A stretch of DNA of 64,000 bases from Candidatus Sericytochromatia bacterium (GCA_035285865.1 JAYKHS010000017.1:57534-121533); one strand, 5' to 3'; numbered from the stretch's first letter, positions 48,487-58,557 are shown. Notes: a model not told the origin generated them from the letters alone. Numbers and translations are program-made.

Positions 48487-49899
48487 TTAATACAAGGGTT
48501 TTTGTAGGTTTTTACGATATGACTTGTCGGTTATCGTGCCGATAACCATGGCGACTGCTCCAGCGGGGAGCCCTATGTATAGCGGTTGGTCTAACGGGAA
48601 TAGTGTCGGATTAAAGCTGGCTATCAAGGTGGTTGCGCCACCTGCCGTCATGCTCCAGATTGCCCCACGTTTTGTGGCATCTTTCCAGTAGAGTGCGGCT
48701 ATTGTTGGGAAGAAAAGTCCCGCAACCATGAATGTGTAAGCCAAGAGCATGCTTTCGAGGATGCTCGGTGCGTGCAGGGCAAAGGCGACGGAACTCAGGC
48801 CCAATACCAGGATGATCTCTCTGGACATGCGAATCAAATGGCGATCATCTGATAGAGGGTTGATGACCTTGTGGTAGAGGTCATTGACCAGATGACCGGT
48901 TGCTGCAAGCAGACAGCTATCGGCCGTGGAGAGAACCGCTGCCAGGTATGCAGCAAGGACGATTCCGGCGGCGCCGGTTGGCAGGACGTTTGCCACGAAC
49001 TGCGGGATGGCCATCTCCGGTTCGATGGAGGGGAAGAGTACTCGTGAGAACATGCCGAGCGCTACACCCAGAAAGGCCATTGCAGGCCACTCCAGCAGCC
49101 CTGCAAGAAGCCAGGCGCGCTTCGCGGTTTCTTCGTCTCGCGAGGCGTATAGGCGCTGGTATAGTGTCATGCCTACGAACCAAACCGGAATGATTGAAAC
49201 GGCCCACTTTGTCATCAGTGATGGTGCGATGGCCCAAGGGTCGAGATGGGCCGTCGGTAGCGCGTGCCGCAGGCCTTCGATTCCACCGACGGCAAGGTAT
49301 CCGAGGGGCAGGGCGACAAGAGCAAGGCCCACCAGCAGAATGCCCCATTGGATGGTGTCCGTGAGGATGACTGCTCTAAGGCCACCCATTGCCGTGTAGA
49401 GGATGACGACCCCAGCCATGGCGCATACAGCAGGCGCGAGCGGCCAACCGAAGGCGGAAGCGGCCAGCTTGCCGCCGGCGAGTAGTTGCGACCCAGTGAA
49501 GCCGATGTACGCAAGGGCTGAAATGCTTGCGGCCAGGGCTGCTACGGTAGGACCGAAGCGGTGGCTTAGGAAGTCGGGAAATGTCAGGAATCGGTGACGA
49601 TCGGCGAGTGGCTTGACAACAGGAATCAGGAAGACCGCAGTCAGCCAGGCTCCAATGAGGCCCGTCAACAGGAGCCAGGCTCCCGACAGTCCCATGGTGA
49701 AGCCGAGCCCACCAAGTCCGATGGAAAATCCCCCTCCAACGTCCGTGGCGACTATGGAAAGTCCGATGTGCGTCGCGCCCATGGTGCGGTCACTGACAAA
49801 GTAGCCAGCGACTGTCGTCTGTCGATCCTTGAGCCAGAATCCGAAGAATACAAGCCCCAGGAAACTCAGGAGCACGATGGCGATGTCAACTAGGTGCAT
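48487..49899 (-). CDS. Sodium:solute symporter (SSS family)
   Basis: ATDVGGGF, YTAMGGLRAVILTD.IQ, AAVLSTADS; about 13 TM. Confidence 0.92.
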   Translation of the reverse strand: MHLVDIAIVLLSFLGLVFFGFWLKDRQTTVAGYFVSDRTMGATHIGLSIVATDVGGGFSIGLGGLGFTMGLSGAWLLLTGLIGAWLTAVFLIPVVKPLADRHRFLTFPDFLSHRFGPTVAALAASISALAYIGFTGSQLLAGGKLAASAFGWPLAPAVCAMAGVVILYTAMGGLRAVILTDTIQWGILLVGLALVALPLGYLAVGGIEGLRHALPTAHLDPWAIAPSLMTKWAVSIIPVWFVGMTLYQRLYASRDEETAKRAWLLAGLLEWPAMAFLGVALGMFSRVLFPSIEPEMAIPQFVANVLPTGAAGIVLAAYLAAVLSTADSCLLAATGHLVNDLYHKVINPLSDDRHLIRMSREIILVLGLSSVAFALHAPSILESMLLAYTFMVAGLFFPTIAALYWKDATKRGAIWSMTAGGATTLIASFNPTLFPLDQPLYIGLPAGAVAMVIGTITDKSYRKNLQKPLY

Positions 49900-49909
49900 C
49901 TCTTATGCA

Positions 49910-50941
49910 TCAACTGAGAGACTTGACCCAAAGGTTTATGTCCTCGAAGTCGCCCGAGATGTCGCAGTTATTTATAAGCCTTCCGTGATGTTCATAGCCC
50001 AGATTCAGGAAGACTCGGTTCATCCCTGGCTCCAGAGCTCTGGCCATCGAAAAGGCACAGGAAATTTCGAGGCTCTGGACTACGGATTCAAGATGGCTCA
50101 GGAGGAGAACCATGAGGCCCTTGCCTCGCTCGCTCGGTAAGGTTGCGCAGTCCGTCATTTCTGCATTTTTGTTCTTGAAGTCTATTTCGGCAGATGCTGC
50201 GCTTACAACCTGACCTTTTTCGTTGCGTAACACGGCATAGCGAACATGGCTCTTCATGGTTGCCAAAATATAGTCGGGTGAAGACAGCGGTGTTGGATAG
50301 GTTTTGAAGGTGTTTTCATAAAGCGCGATAAGTTCGGATATGTCGGATTGTGTCGCGATGGATAGGGTGTATCCATTAGGTAGCGTGTTTGCCGTCTTTC
50401 GCTGTGGCCTTGAGGCAACTTGCCGCAGCAATTCGCTCTCTTCGGTGAATCGTTGGAAGGAAAAGCGTTCCGATGACAAGAATCGACTGACCAGATAGGC
50501 GTCCTGGCCGAGGAAGAACTTGGGGATCAGACCTTCAAGCTTGTAGCCGTGTGCCAGGAACGGGCCGAGCTGCTCTCTTTCTACTTTGAGCGTTATTTTG
50601 TCGAAAGCATTGGCGACTGCGAGACGCTCGAGTTTGGCGCAGACAAGGTTGGGGTTACCATCGATCTCCGTGACCTTCAGCCGGCGGTTGTAATGGTCGA
50701 CCGTGAGCTTGAATCGGAAGTCGGGTTCATGGATCGTATGGTCGACGCTGTAGATTGATCCATACGCATCAACGGTGACGTTGTCGTCCAGGACGAGTCG
50801 CACGATGCCCAGGGCCTTTCCTGTGGGCACCTTTGCCGAATGTGCCGGCAATCGCGTCATCGCGTCCGGGGGCGAGACCAGAGCAAGCGCCGCGCGTGGG
50901 GTGGCTGGAACCGGACGGTAATGCAGTCGGTCATGGCTCAT
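49910..50941 (-). CDS. Putative beta-lysine N-acetyltransferase (AblB/YodP-like GNAT)
   Basis: YN.RLK, GY..EG.I..FF.G.DA, F.TYP.P, AEMTDCATLP..RGKG, ARA...GMN, G.L.NNC.I; RBS GAGGAG before ATG 50941 (ORF open to 51079). Confidence 0.82.
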   Translation of the reverse strand: MSHDRLHYRPVPATPRAALALVSPPDAMTRLPAHSAKVPTGKALGIVRLVLDDNVTVDAYGSIYSVDHTIHEPDFRFKLTVDHYNRRLKVTEIDGNPNLVCAKLERLAVANAFDKITLKVEREQLGPFLAHGYKLEGLIPKFFLGQDAYLVSRFLSSERFSFQRFTEESELLRQVASRPQRKTANTLPNGYTLSIATQSDISELIALYENTFKTYPTPLSSPDYILATMKSHVRYAVLRNEKGQVVSAASAEIDFKNKNAEMTDCATLPSERGKGLMVLLLSHLESVVQSLEISCAFSMARALEPGMNRVFLNLGYEHHGRLINNCDISGDFEDINLWVKSLS

Positions 50942-51102
50942 CGGAGAACTCTCCTCTCGAGTGCAGTTGGTTCTCGACCTACTGGCGGTGCTCAACCCGG
51001 GATTCCGGATCGTCCGCAGAAGATGAGAGCCACTTTGATCCTCGATTTCGAGCATAGTTGCGGTCTCTGTATTGGTCAATGGTTATTCAAAAATCGTAAT
51101 CG

Positions 51103-51117
51103 ATAATCATTGGTGAT
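51103..51117. promoter_or_regulatory. Possible LysR recognition box (ATAA-N7-TGAT)
   Basis: T-N11-A dyad in the AT-rich gap between divergent ablB-like and LysR genes. Confidence 0.35.
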
Positions 51118-51172
51118 TGACGGCGCCGCCTTGGGTTGACTTCCTGGTCCTCTCGCGTGTCTGCTGGCGTTC

Positions 51173-52084
51173 GTGCATATCGAGTACCTGAAGACCTTCA
51201 TCGTTGCGGCAGAGTGCATGTCCTTCACTCGAGCGTCGGAATACTTGAAGATCAGCCAACCTGCCGTGAGCATGCAGATTCGCGATCTGGAGGTGTATCT
51301 CGGTACCGAACTCTTCGAGCGCCATGGACGCAGCCTGTCTTTGACCCCTGCTGGCCATCGCTTTCGGTTCAGGGCAGCGCGTCTCGTGAATGACCTGAGT
51401 GTTGCGAAGGATGAAGCCCTCGAGTTGATGGGACAGGCGGGGGGTAACCTGTGCGTCGGGGCAACCGACACGCTCGGTAACTATTACTTGCCGAGCCTAC
51501 TGGGCTCATTCCTGCCTGAGGCTCCCTACCTTCGGACCTCTGTCATTACTGCTGACGAGGCATTGCTGGCCAGAATGCTTCTTGATGGGGCTTTGGAGGC
51601 CTGTCTGTGGGAGGGGGAAGTTCCTGAGCGATTGCGCGACTCATTTGACGTTTTTCTGCTCGATCAGGATCGGATTGAGCTTGTCGTGGGACCAGCGCAT
51701 CCGAAGTATCGTGAGGCCACACTCGCCGTGCGGGAATTGGTTGGAGCTCCGCTCGTGATGCGGCAGCCCGAGGCCTCCATCCGGCAATACGTGCTAAGAG
51801 CACTGGATGAGGTCGGCATCACCATGGACTCACTGGACATAAGGCTCGAAGTGTCTCAGACAGAGGCACTGAAGCGGGTACTGCGCACGTTGCCCGCATA
51901 TGGGTTCGCCTCACGTCTCGCGATTGGGGATGAAGTCTCTGCCGGTGTACTCAAGATTCTTGAAGTGCCTGAACTTGATTTGAGGCGGTCTTTGTGGTTC
52001 CTGTGTGCGGCGGATGGTCCAAGGCCCCAGCGGATCAGGGCTTTACTTGCATTCGTTCAGAAGCTTGCTGCTGAGCGACATTGA
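51173..52084 (+). CDS. LysR family transcriptional regulator (CysL-like)
   Basis: SFTRA...L.ISQPAVS.QIRDLE..LG..LFER HTH; substrate-binding domain. Confidence 0.93.
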   Translation: MHIEYLKTFIVAAECMSFTRASEYLKISQPAVSMQIRDLEVYLGTELFERHGRSLSLTPAGHRFRFRAARLVNDLSVAKDEALELMGQAGGNLCVGATDTLGNYYLPSLLGSFLPEAPYLRTSVITADEALLARMLLDGALEACLWEGEVPERLRDSFDVFLLDQDRIELVVGPAHPKYREATLAVRELVGAPLVMRQPEASIRQYVLRALDEVGITMDSLDIRLEVSQTEALKRVLRTLPAYGFASRLAIGDEVSAGVLKILEVPELDLRRSLWFLCAADGPRPQRIRALLAFVQKLAAERH

Positions 52085-52144
52085 TGGGGCTTCCAGATTC
52101 AGTTCTCGTGAGCTTGATCGTCGGGTTGGCGTCATGTACGGAGG

Positions 52145-52903
52145 TCAACAGCAGTCCTTGCCGTGCCAGGCCTCTCGGCCCTCGTGCGCGACCAGTGCGG
52201 ATATGACGAGGGCCGCCGCCGGATCCGCCCACCACCAGCCCAGGGCCCCGTTCAGGCTGACGCCGACCAGTGCGGCCATGGAAAGCCAGAAGCAGGCCGT
52301 GGTCTGGACCGCATCGGCGGCCATGGCCTGGCTGCCCAGGGCCGTCGCGAGGCGTCGCTTGGCCCGGGCCAGCCACAGCATCACCGCGATCGAGATGACG
52401 AGCAGGGTCACGCCGACCGGACTGAACTCAGGCCGTTCGCCGGTCCAGAGCGTCCGGGCCGCGTCCGCGCCCACATAGGCGGCCAGCAGGAAGAGCGACG
52501 CGGCGATGAGGCGTCGCGCCCGATGCTCGAGGCGCTCGAGTTCGGGCCCTGTAAATCTGTGGCGACGTTCGGCCCGCAGGCGCCAGAGCATGACAAGGGC
52601 CGAGGCGCACTCGACGAAGCTGTCGATCCCGAAGCCCATGATGGCGACGCTGCCGGCCTTGAGGGCTGCCGTCAAGGCAATGGCACCCTCCAGCAGGTTC
52701 CACGCCACCGTCAGCGCTTCAAGATGGACGGCTCGTGCGAGGTCGGTCTCCCGGTTGTCCGTGTCTGTCGTCGACGTGGCCATGAATGCGTTGGCGTCCA
52801 CGTGGTCGCAGCCACAGACATGGTCGGCAACAGCCAATGGGCCGGGGTCGGTGGCGACCTCGGTGCCCGACAGCCAAGGCTGCTCCGGATCCACCATGGT
52901 CAT
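52145..52903 (-). CDS. Cation efflux (CDF-related) membrane protein
   Basis: WN..EG, GFGIDSFVE, M.ADA.QT..C, GWWWADP; start uncertain (alternative 52783). Confidence 0.82.
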   Translation of the reverse strand: MTMVDPEQPWLSGTEVATDPGPLAVADHVCGCDHVDANAFMATSTTDTDNRETDLARAVHLEALTVAWNLLEGAIALTAALKAGSVAIMGFGIDSFVECASALVMLWRLRAERRHRFTGPELERLEHRARRLIAASLFLLAAYVGADAARTLWTGERPEFSPVGVTLLVISIAVMLWLARAKRRLATALGSQAMAADAVQTTACFWLSMAALVGVSLNGALGWWWADPAAALVISALVAHEGREAWHGKDCC

Positions 52904-52948
52904 GGCATGCCCTGCGCGACGGGAAGATGAATCGCCACCCCGGTCGCT

Positions 52949-54502
52949 TCAGCGGGCTGCCAGTGCGTGGTCCTCGAAGGCTGCAAGCGCAACCTTGGCT
53001 CCCTCGCCCATCGCGATGACGATCTGCTTGTAGGGCATGGTCGTCACGTCGCCCGCTGCGTAGATGCCCGTCTCGCTCGTGCGTCCCCTCGTGTCCACGA
53101 CGATCTCGCCACGACCGTTGCGTTCGACGAGATCGCCCAGAAAGCCGCTATTGGGCACGAGGCCAATCTGCACGAACACGCCGTCCAGAGCGAGCACTTG
53201 CCGAGCTTCGCTGGCATGGTCCTCATAGGCGAGGGCCGTGACCTTCTGGCCGTCGCCCAGGATGGCCGTGGTCCGGACGCCCGTCAGGATCGTGACGTTG
53301 GGGCGCTGGCGGACCTGTTCGACCAGCACGGCGTCGGCACGGAGCGTGTCCGCATATTCGAGCACCGTCACATGGGCCACGATGCCCGCGAGGTCCAGGG
53401 CAGCCTCGACTCCCGAGTTGCCCCCGCCGACCACGGCAACCAGCTTGCCCTTGTAGAAGGGTCCGTCGCAGTGCGGGCAGAAGGCGACGCCGCGCCCGAG
53501 GTATTCTCGTTCGCCGGGGACCTCCAGTTCGCGCCACTTGGCGCCGGTCGCCACGATGACCGAGGTGGCCTGCAGGTGCTCGCCACCCTCCAGCAGGATC
53601 TCCTTGCGGGCACCGCGGGAGATGGAGGCGACGCGGCGGTGCTCGAGCATCGTGACCTCCGCGGCCCGCATGTGGCCCTCGAGGTCGGCGGACAGGCGCT
53701 TGCCCTCGGTGTAGGTCGTGCCGATGAGGTTCTCGATGCCCAGCGTCTCGTGGACCTGGCCGCCGATGCGATCGGCCACGAGGGCGACCTTCAGGCCCTT
53801 GCGGGCGCTGTAGATGGCGGCCGAGGCTCCGGCCGGGCCGCCGCCGATGACGACGACGTCGAAGTCCCGGACAGCCGCGGAGGGCGCGCTGACTTCGGCG
53901 GTGGCTCCGAGGCGCGCTTCCAGCTTGGCCAGCAGTTCGAGGAAGGTCGCGCGGCCGGAGTGGACGAGCTGGTCCCCGATGAACACGGCAGGCACGCCCT
54001 GAATGCCCAGGCGAGCCACCTCGTCGGGTACGAGGGCCCCGTCGATCATCTCGTGGGCCGTGTCCGGGTGCAGCGTGGCCACCACGTTCAGGGCCTGCAC
54101 GACATCAGGACAGCTGGTGCAGTCGAGCGAGACGTAGGTCCTGATCCGGGCCCCGGGCGCGAGGGTGCGGATGCGGGCCGCCAGGGCCTCGTCGGGCAGG
54201 CGCCCCATGCCGGCCGCGTTCAGCATCGCGAGCACGAGCGAGGTGAACTCGTGGCCGCCCGGCACGCCGCGGAAGGTGATGCCGGTGGCCACGCTGTCCC
54301 GCAGGATCTCGAGGGTGGGGACAGCAGCGGCCTCGCCGTCGATCCGGGTGTCGATCGCCGGAGCCACGCCCGCCAGTTGTCTGGCGAGCGTGACCAGCTC
54401 GGGTTGCCGTTCGTGGGTGGATGGCCGCAGGACCAGTGTCAGTGACACGGGCAGGTCGGCGAACAACGGCCGGAGCTGCCCCAGGATGGCATCGTCGAGC
54501 AT
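52949..54502 (-). CDS. ahpF: Alkyl hydroperoxide reductase subunit F
   Basis: GHEFTSLVLA, CTSCPDVVQALN, GGGPAG, CPHCDG, GGGNSG. Confidence 0.96.
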   Translation of the reverse strand: MLDDAILGQLRPLFADLPVSLTLVLRPSTHERQPELVTLARQLAGVAPAIDTRIDGEAAAVPTLEILRDSVATGITFRGVPGGHEFTSLVLAMLNAAGMGRLPDEALAARIRTLAPGARIRTYVSLDCTSCPDVVQALNVVATLHPDTAHEMIDGALVPDEVARLGIQGVPAVFIGDQLVHSGRATFLELLAKLEARLGATAEVSAPSAAVRDFDVVVIGGGPAGASAAIYSARKGLKVALVADRIGGQVHETLGIENLIGTTYTEGKRLSADLEGHMRAAEVTMLEHRRVASISRGARKEILLEGGEHLQATSVIVATGAKWRELEVPGEREYLGRGVAFCPHCDGPFYKGKLVAVVGGGNSGVEAALDLAGIVAHVTVLEYADTLRADAVLVEQVRQRPNVTILTGVRTTAILGDGQKVTALAYEDHASEARQVLALDGVFVQIGLVPNSGFLGDLVERNGRGEIVVDTRGRTSETGIYAAGDVTTMPYKQIVIAMGEGAKVALAAFEDHALAAR

Positions 54503-54515
54503 GGCGGTGGTTCTC

Positions 54516-55076
54516 CTAGATCTTGCCGACGAGGTCTAGACCGGGCTTGAGGGTCTGGGCTCCGGGCGTCCACTTGGCGGGACAGACCTGACCGGGATGG
54601 GCGGCCACGAACTGCGCGGCCTGGATCTTGCGCACCAGCTCGGCGGCGTTGCGACCGATGCCATCGTCCGTGACCTCGATGATCTTCACGAGGCCCTCGG
54701 GGTTGACGACGAAGGTCCCGCGCCGCGACAGGCCTTCTTCCTCGACATACGTCCCAAAGGCACGCGACAGGCGGCCCGTCGGGTCGGCCAGCATCGGGTA
54801 GGTCAGTTTGCCGATGGTCTCGGACGTGTCGTGCCACGCCTTGTGGGTGAAGTGCGTGTCCGTGCTGACGGCGTAGACCTCGACCCCCATGCCCTGCAGC
54901 TCGGCGTAGCGATCGTTCAGGTCGGCGAGCTCGGTCGGGCAGACGAAGGTGAAGTCGGCAGGATAGAAGAACAGCACGGACCACTTGCCGAGCAGGTCTT
55001 CGTGGGTGACGGTCCGGAAAGCGTCCTGGTGATAGGCCTGGGCCTTGAAGTCGGGGATGCGCTGGTTGATGAGCAT
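54516..55076 (-). CDS. ahpC: Alkyl hydroperoxide reductase subunit C
   Basis: YPADFTFVCPTEL; VCPAKW; RBS AAGGAG. Confidence 0.97.
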   Translation of the reverse strand: MLINQRIPDFKAQAYHQDAFRTVTHEDLLGKWSVLFFYPADFTFVCPTELADLNDRYAELQGMGVEVYAVSTDTHFTHKAWHDTSETIGKLTYPMLADPTGRLSRAFGTYVEEEGLSRRGTFVVNPEGLVKIIEVTDDGIGRNAAELVRKIQAAQFVAAHPGQVCPAKWTPGAQTLKPGLDLVGKI

Positions 55077-55149
55077 CGATCTCTCCTTGTTTCTTCGGGG
55101 TGCATGGACCCCGTGAGAGGAGCATCGGCCCGGACCGGTGATTCGTCCA

Positions 55150-55186
55150 AGATATCTTTCGTATGTCGCTGATAGTCTTTGGCGAT
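55150..55186. promoter_or_regulatory. OxyR-like binding box
   Basis: AGAT-N7-GTAT-N7-ATAG-N7-CGAT vs consensus ATAG-N7-CTAT-N7-ATAG-N7-CTAT (12/16), upstream of ahpC. Confidence 0.55.
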
Positions 55187-55272
55187 GGATTTGTCCGGGC
55201 AGGAGGCGCACGGGGTGCGCTGCGGATGGTATACATGATCTAGACAAAGCTTCTTGCAAGGGGGGTCGGCGT

Positions 55273-55860
55273 ATGCTCGTCCAGCGGTTGTCACGTGTTG
55301 TCCGTGGTGTTGGCATCGGGACCCTGGTCCTCATCGGGCTTTCCTCGCTGTCCGGGCCCGCCGCGGCATCCGGAGGCGTCCGCGCCGAACCCGGGACCGA
55401 GGCACCCTGGAACATTGCGCTCCGGTCACTTGCCGGCAAGCCCGCGACGTTGGCCCCTTACAAGGGCAAGGTGATGCTGCTCGTGAACACCGCCAGCCAG
55501 TGCGGCTACACGCCCCAGTACGAGGGCCTGCAGCAGTTGCACGAGCGCTTCGGTGCCCGCGGCCTTGCCGTGCTGGGTTTCCCGTGCAACCAGTTCGGGG
55601 GGCAGGAGCCGGGCTCCGCGGCCGAGATCTCGAAGTTCTGCTCCCGCGAGTACGGCGTGACTTTCCCGATGTTCGCCAAGATCGACGTCAATGGTCCGGG
55701 CACTCACCCGCTGTACGTCTGGCTGAAGCAGGCCAAGCCCGGGGACATCAGCTGGAACTTCGGCAAGTTCCTGGTGGATCGCAAGGGTCGGGTGGTGGCG
55801 CGCTACGGCTCGTCGAGCGAGCCGGCTACTCTCGCGAAGGACATCGAGGCGCTGTTGTAG
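55273..55860 (+). CDS. Glutathione peroxidase family (Cys-type), with signal peptide-like N-terminus
   Basis: VNTASQCG, GFPCNQFG.QEPG, WNFGKFLV; start uncertain. Confidence 0.92.
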   Translation: MLVQRLSRVVRGVGIGTLVLIGLSSLSGPAAASGGVRAEPGTEAPWNIALRSLAGKPATLAPYKGKVMLLVNTASQCGYTPQYEGLQQLHERFGARGLAVLGFPCNQFGGQEPGSAAEISKFCSREYGVTFPMFAKIDVNGPGTHPLYVWLKQAKPGDISWNFGKFLVDRKGRVVARYGSSSEPATLAKDIEALL

Positions 55861-55961
55861 CGTCAGCAGGGGCGGTAGCTCGCGACGCTCCCGGAGGAGC
55901 TTCCGGGCCTTGCCCCGATGATCACTTGCGCACCATCCCCCCCTCGGCCACGATGGGGGGG

Positions 55962-57509
55962 ATGAGCCGCAGCAAACTGCCCATCGGCATCCAGACCTTC
56001 CGCGAGATCCGCGAAGAAGGGGCCTATTACGTCGACAAGACGGGTTTGGCGGTGGATCTGGTGGGGGCTGGAAAGACCGTTTTCCTGTCTCGTCCGCGTC
56101 GCTTCGGCAAGAGCCTGTTCGTCGACACGCTGAAAGAGCTTTTCGAGGGCAACCGCGACCTGTTCTCGGGCCTTGCTGCGGAGGATCGCTGGGACTGGTC
56201 GGTCCGGTATCCCGTCATTCGCATCGACTTTGCGTCGATGGACATCCGGACTCCCGAGGATCTGGTGGCCGGCGTGGAGGATCAGCTGTTGCCCCTCGAG
56301 TCGAGGGTTCCGGGCCATGTTCCGCGCGGCCAGATGGGTCGGCGTCTGCGCCACTTGATCCAGGCGTTGCGTGCGCATGCCGGCCAGCGTGTGGTGGTGC
56401 TGGTGGATGAATACGACAAGCCCATCCTCGACCAGTTGGAGCGGCCGGAGCTGGCCCGGGAGATGCGTGAGGCCCTGCGAGGCCTGTTTGGCGTGCTCAA
56501 GGGGGCCGATGCCGACCTGAAGTTCGTATTCCTGACGGGCGTCAGCAAGTTCAGCAAGGTGAGCCTGTTCTCGGGCCTGAACCAGTTGCGGGACATCACG
56601 CTGGAACCCCGGTGGTCGGCGCTTTGCGGCTACACGCAGCATGACCTCGAGACGGTCTTCGCACCTGAACTGGAGGGGGTGGATCTGGAAGCGGTCCGTC
56701 TCTGGTACAACGGCTACAACTGGGGCGGTACGGCCGTCTACAATCCTTTCGACGTGTTGCTGTTCCTCGAGAGCCGGCAGTTCCGGCCTTATTGGTTCGA
56801 GACGGGCACGCCCACGTTCCTGGTCGACCTGCTGGCTCGTCGGGGATTCTTCACGCCGGATCTGGTTGCGCGTCGCGCCCGGGCAGAGATCCTGTCGGCG
56901 TTCGATGTCGAGAACATCGAACCCGAGGCATTGCTCTGGCAGACCGGATACCTGACCATCCACGATACGCGCGAGATTGCGACGGGTAGCTGGCTCTACA
57001 CCCTGGGCTACCCCAACCGCGAGGTCGAGGCCAGCCTCAATCTCAGTCTGCTGCCTGCGCTCGGGCAGACGCAGGGTGTCGCGAGTGACCTTACGGTCCA
57101 GCTGACCGAGTCCTTGCTTGCGGGCGACTCGGATGCCCTGCAGGCGGCGACTCGTCGTCTCTTCGCCAGCATCCCCCACGACTGGATGCGCAACAACCCC
57201 TTCGCCCGCTTCGAGGGGTACTACGCCAGCGTCTTCTACAGCCACCTCGCGGCCCTGGGCTTGGACCTGCGGGTCGAGGATGCCACCAACAGGGGGCGCA
57301 TCGATCTGACGTTGCGGGTGCCGGGACGGGTGTACGTCTTCGAATTCAAGGTCGTGGACGGCCAGCCCGAGGGCAAGGCAATGGCACAGATCCGGGCCAA
57401 GGGCTATGGCGACAAGTACAAGCAATCCGGAACGAACGTGATGCTTGTCGCCATTGAGTTCAGCCGGGTCGAGCGGAACGTGGTGGCCTTCGAGGTGGCC
57501 GCCGGCTGA
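55962..57509 (+). CDS. AAA-ATPase-like + C-terminal PD-(D/E)XK nuclease protein
   Basis: LPIGIQTF, YYVDKT, RPRRFGKSL, DEYDKP, WYNGY, GRIDL...FEFK. Confidence 0.92.
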   Translation: MSRSKLPIGIQTFREIREEGAYYVDKTGLAVDLVGAGKTVFLSRPRRFGKSLFVDTLKELFEGNRDLFSGLAAEDRWDWSVRYPVIRIDFASMDIRTPEDLVAGVEDQLLPLESRVPGHVPRGQMGRRLRHLIQALRAHAGQRVVVLVDEYDKPILDQLERPELAREMREALRGLFGVLKGADADLKFVFLTGVSKFSKVSLFSGLNQLRDITLEPRWSALCGYTQHDLETVFAPELEGVDLEAVRLWYNGYNWGGTAVYNPFDVLLFLESRQFRPYWFETGTPTFLVDLLARRGFFTPDLVARRARAEILSAFDVENIEPEALLWQTGYLTIHDTREIATGSWLYTLGYPNREVEASLNLSLLPALGQTQGVASDLTVQLTESLLAGDSDALQAATRRLFASIPHDWMRNNPFARFEGYYASVFYSHLAALGLDLRVEDATNRGRIDLTLRVPGRVYVFEFKVVDGQPEGKAMAQIRAKGYGDKYKQSGTNVMLVAIEFSRVERNVVAFEVAAG

Positions 57510-57608
57510 GGTCCTTGGCCCGGGGGCGCGCGACGCTTTCAGGTCGAATGGACACTCGAGGTGCCGGTTGGCCGGTCAGTACGCGGGAGCGCGTGGAGCG
57601 TGGCAACG

Positions 57609-57641
57609 AAAAGGGCGGGGAGCCACGCCGGCTCCCCACCC
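57609..57641 (-). terminator. Intrinsic terminator
   Basis: GGGGAGCC/GGCTCCCC stem followed by a T-run on the minus strand, just after the Bor-like gene. Confidence 0.7.
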
Positions 57642-57657
57642 TCGGGTTGATTCAGGG

Positions 57658-58020
57658 CTACTGGACGATTTCGCCCGTATAGTTGACGGTGCGCTGCTGG
57701 TAGATGCCCAGCGTGAGGCCGCTGAGAACGGCGTCCATCACGGACACTTGCGTCTTGATGACGAGGTTCTGGATGCGCTGGCCAGCCTTGAGCCTGGGTG
57801 CGAGGGCCTGAGAGGCATCCGGTTGGCCGATGGGAGTCAGCCCCCAGAAGAACCAGCTGGCCGTCTGCGATTCGTCCAGCGTGCCGACGACTTTAGCACC
57901 CTTGATGGGCGTGAAGAACACCTTTTCTTCGGGGATCTCGTCTGCCTTGAGCGTCAGCCTGTTGCATCCGCCAAGAACGAGGGTGGCCGACACGGCGGCA
58001 AGCAGGGCAAGGCGGTTCAC
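57658..58020 (-). CDS. Bor/Iss-like lipoprotein
   Basis: Lipobox LGGC; WFFWGL; T..S..D..L...TLGIY..RTV. Confidence 0.78.
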   Translation of the reverse strand: MNRLALLAAVSATLVLGGCNRLTLKADEIPEEKVFFTPIKGAKVVGTLDESQTASWFFWGLTPIGQPDASQALAPRLKAGQRIQNLVIKTQVSVMDAVLSGLTLGIYQQRTVNYTGEIVQ

Positions 58021-58424
58021 TTGTTGGCCTCCGTGTTGGTGGTCGTGGTCAGGGTCAGCAAGGCCTGGGAGAGGCCGCCGGTCAGGGGAGATGCGGCTCC
58101 GACAAGGAAGTTGATGCCGATGTCCGTCGGGGACCATTCCTCCTGGATGGCGGTGACCCGGATGCCCTTGGTGCCTTCGGACTTCCGCGTGGTCCTCGCT
58201 ACGGCGGCAGGGATGGGCTGACTCAGGGAACCGATGAAATCGTTCCACGTCAACAGCGCTGCTGCGCCGAAGTAGTGGCGATTCTCGGTGGTGACCTTGC
58301 CCGTCATGGCCGGGCGCGAGAGGCTCACGGGCACATCCGAATCCTCGAGGGCATAACGGATGCTGGTGCATCCCGTCATGCCCGCGCAGATCACGCCTAG
58401 CATCAGCAACTTGGACAAGCGCAT
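58017..58424 (-). CDS. Lipoprotein (Bor-like paralog)
   Basis: Lipobox MTGC; GTGA overlap with the Bor-like gene. Confidence 0.65.
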   Translation of the reverse strand: MRLSKLLMLGVICAGMTGCTSIRYALEDSDVPVSLSRPAMTGKVTTENRHYFGAAALLTWNDFIGSLSQPIPAAVARTTRKSEGTKGIRVTAIQEEWSPTDIGINFLVGAASPLTGGLSQALLTLTTTTNTEANK

Positions 58425-58557
58425 CCAGCGACTCCTCTCCGGAAGGGGTTACGGTGTCAGGATAGAGCGCTTGCCGTCGAGCGAAATTCGGATTCTTCCC
58501 GCCGGGTTTCAGGGGGTTGTCGGCTGTGGGTTTCGGGCGTCCGGGTACAACGCAACG

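Noticed and set aside
55480..55510. Possible selenocysteine in the glutathione peroxidase
   Set aside because: Active-site codon is TGC and the frame is uninterrupted
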